Part shown: one piece after another, positions 63,511 to 64,000 of the stretch
Numbering within the stretch: position 1 is the first letter of the stretch
Layout of the letters: each line of letters begins with the position of its first letter
IMG/VR virus record: IMGVR_UViG_3300028392_000059
Location: 11,365-75,364 of that record
Direction: 5' to 3' (one strand)
Length of the DNA stretch: 64,000 nucleotides
DNA from: a virus
The notes under the pieces: generated by a model
What the model saw: the letters and a program-made list of their open reading frames with translations, nothing else
What the model was told of the DNA's origin: nothing
The model's database searches: none
Position numbers and translations under genes: made by a program

Positions 63511-64000
63511 TTAGATGAGACCTTTCAACTGACTAAGTCGAAAGTTCACATAGTCTACTGTAGGCTTATCATACAAACCATCAAGACTGGGAACCTCTTT
63601 ACAACTGCCTTTTCGATAAGCTTTAGTAGGCACACCAATCTCATACTTATCAGCTTGTTGAATCAGAAGAAGAATTGTGGAAGGATCGGTGATACTAATT
63701 GTATGAACATCGAGTGCGTCACACCAATACTTATCATCAGCTTCGTAAACATGCCTATCTGCTACATACAAAGCTGTTTCACGCTTCCACGTAAAACCGT
63801 CGCCACCATTCAAAGGAGTATTATACTCAAACAATTGATATGGTGACGCAATACTTGTTTTATCTGGTGCAACCTCACCAAATACTGTGTTTGTCACAGA
63901 GCCTCGAAGCACCCACGTAAGAAAATCGTAACGATGATCATGTGGCACAACGGCTTCAGGAATTTTTGCAACGTCACCTTCAAAGAAATATGCTTTGACA
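63511..64000 (-). CDS. Cupin-like protein, 5' end probably outside window
   Basis: PHDHRYDF...VLRG...VHTI; the frame appears open to the window edge. Confidence 0.55.
   Translation of the reverse strand, partial: VKAYFFEGDVAKIPEAVVPHDHRYDFLTWVLRGSVTNTVFGEVAPDKTSIASPYQLFEYNTPLNGGDGFTWKRETALYVADRHVYEADDKYWCDALDVHTISITDPSTILLLIQQADKYEIGVPTKAYRKGSCKEVPSLDGLYDKPTVDYVNFRLSQLKGLI

Noticed and set aside
1-64000. Prophage/integration functions, alternative genetic code, abundant AAGCTT sites
   Set aside because: No integrase, repressor or host genes; genes read full-length in the standard code; AAGCTT abundance follows from preferred AAG-CTT (Lys-Leu) codons

Overview
This window is a 64-kb internal segment of a lytic, long-tailed (siphovirus-like) dsDNA phage, with essentially every gene on the minus strand. 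In transcription order (high to low coordinates) it holds: small early-type genes; a 746-aa T7-family single-subunit RNA polymerase; a T7-like replication and nucleotide block (SSB, family-A DNA polymerase, 5'-3' exonuclease, GIY-YIG nuclease, primase-helicase, class II ribonucleotide reductase, MazG-like protein, ATP-dependent ligase); and about 15 kb of small accessory genes, including tRNA-Leu and tRNA-Thr, a Tad1-like sponge, an HslV-like peptidase, a SpoT/Mesh1-like hydrolase and a Cys-less thioredoxin. After a 430-bp non-coding region come the terminase, a cassette of fibre/adhesin-like genes, the portal, head and tail genes, and a tape measure gene of more than 3,170 codons that runs off the left edge. 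The most striking system is a second T7-family RNA polymerase with intact catalytic motifs fused behind a MuF (SPP1 gp7-like) head-morphogenesis domain (1550 aa, in the head module). This points to a capsid-packaged, ejected RNAP working with the free RNAP, together with a 4-5-copy promoter-like motif (GACCCCGTTAAATTAA, usually followed by a small hairpin). Also notable is a short reading frame that strings together catalytic-motif look-alikes of DNA polymerase and ribonucleotide reductase and could be reached by a -1 frameshift. All assignments come from reading motifs by eye; no database searches were run.
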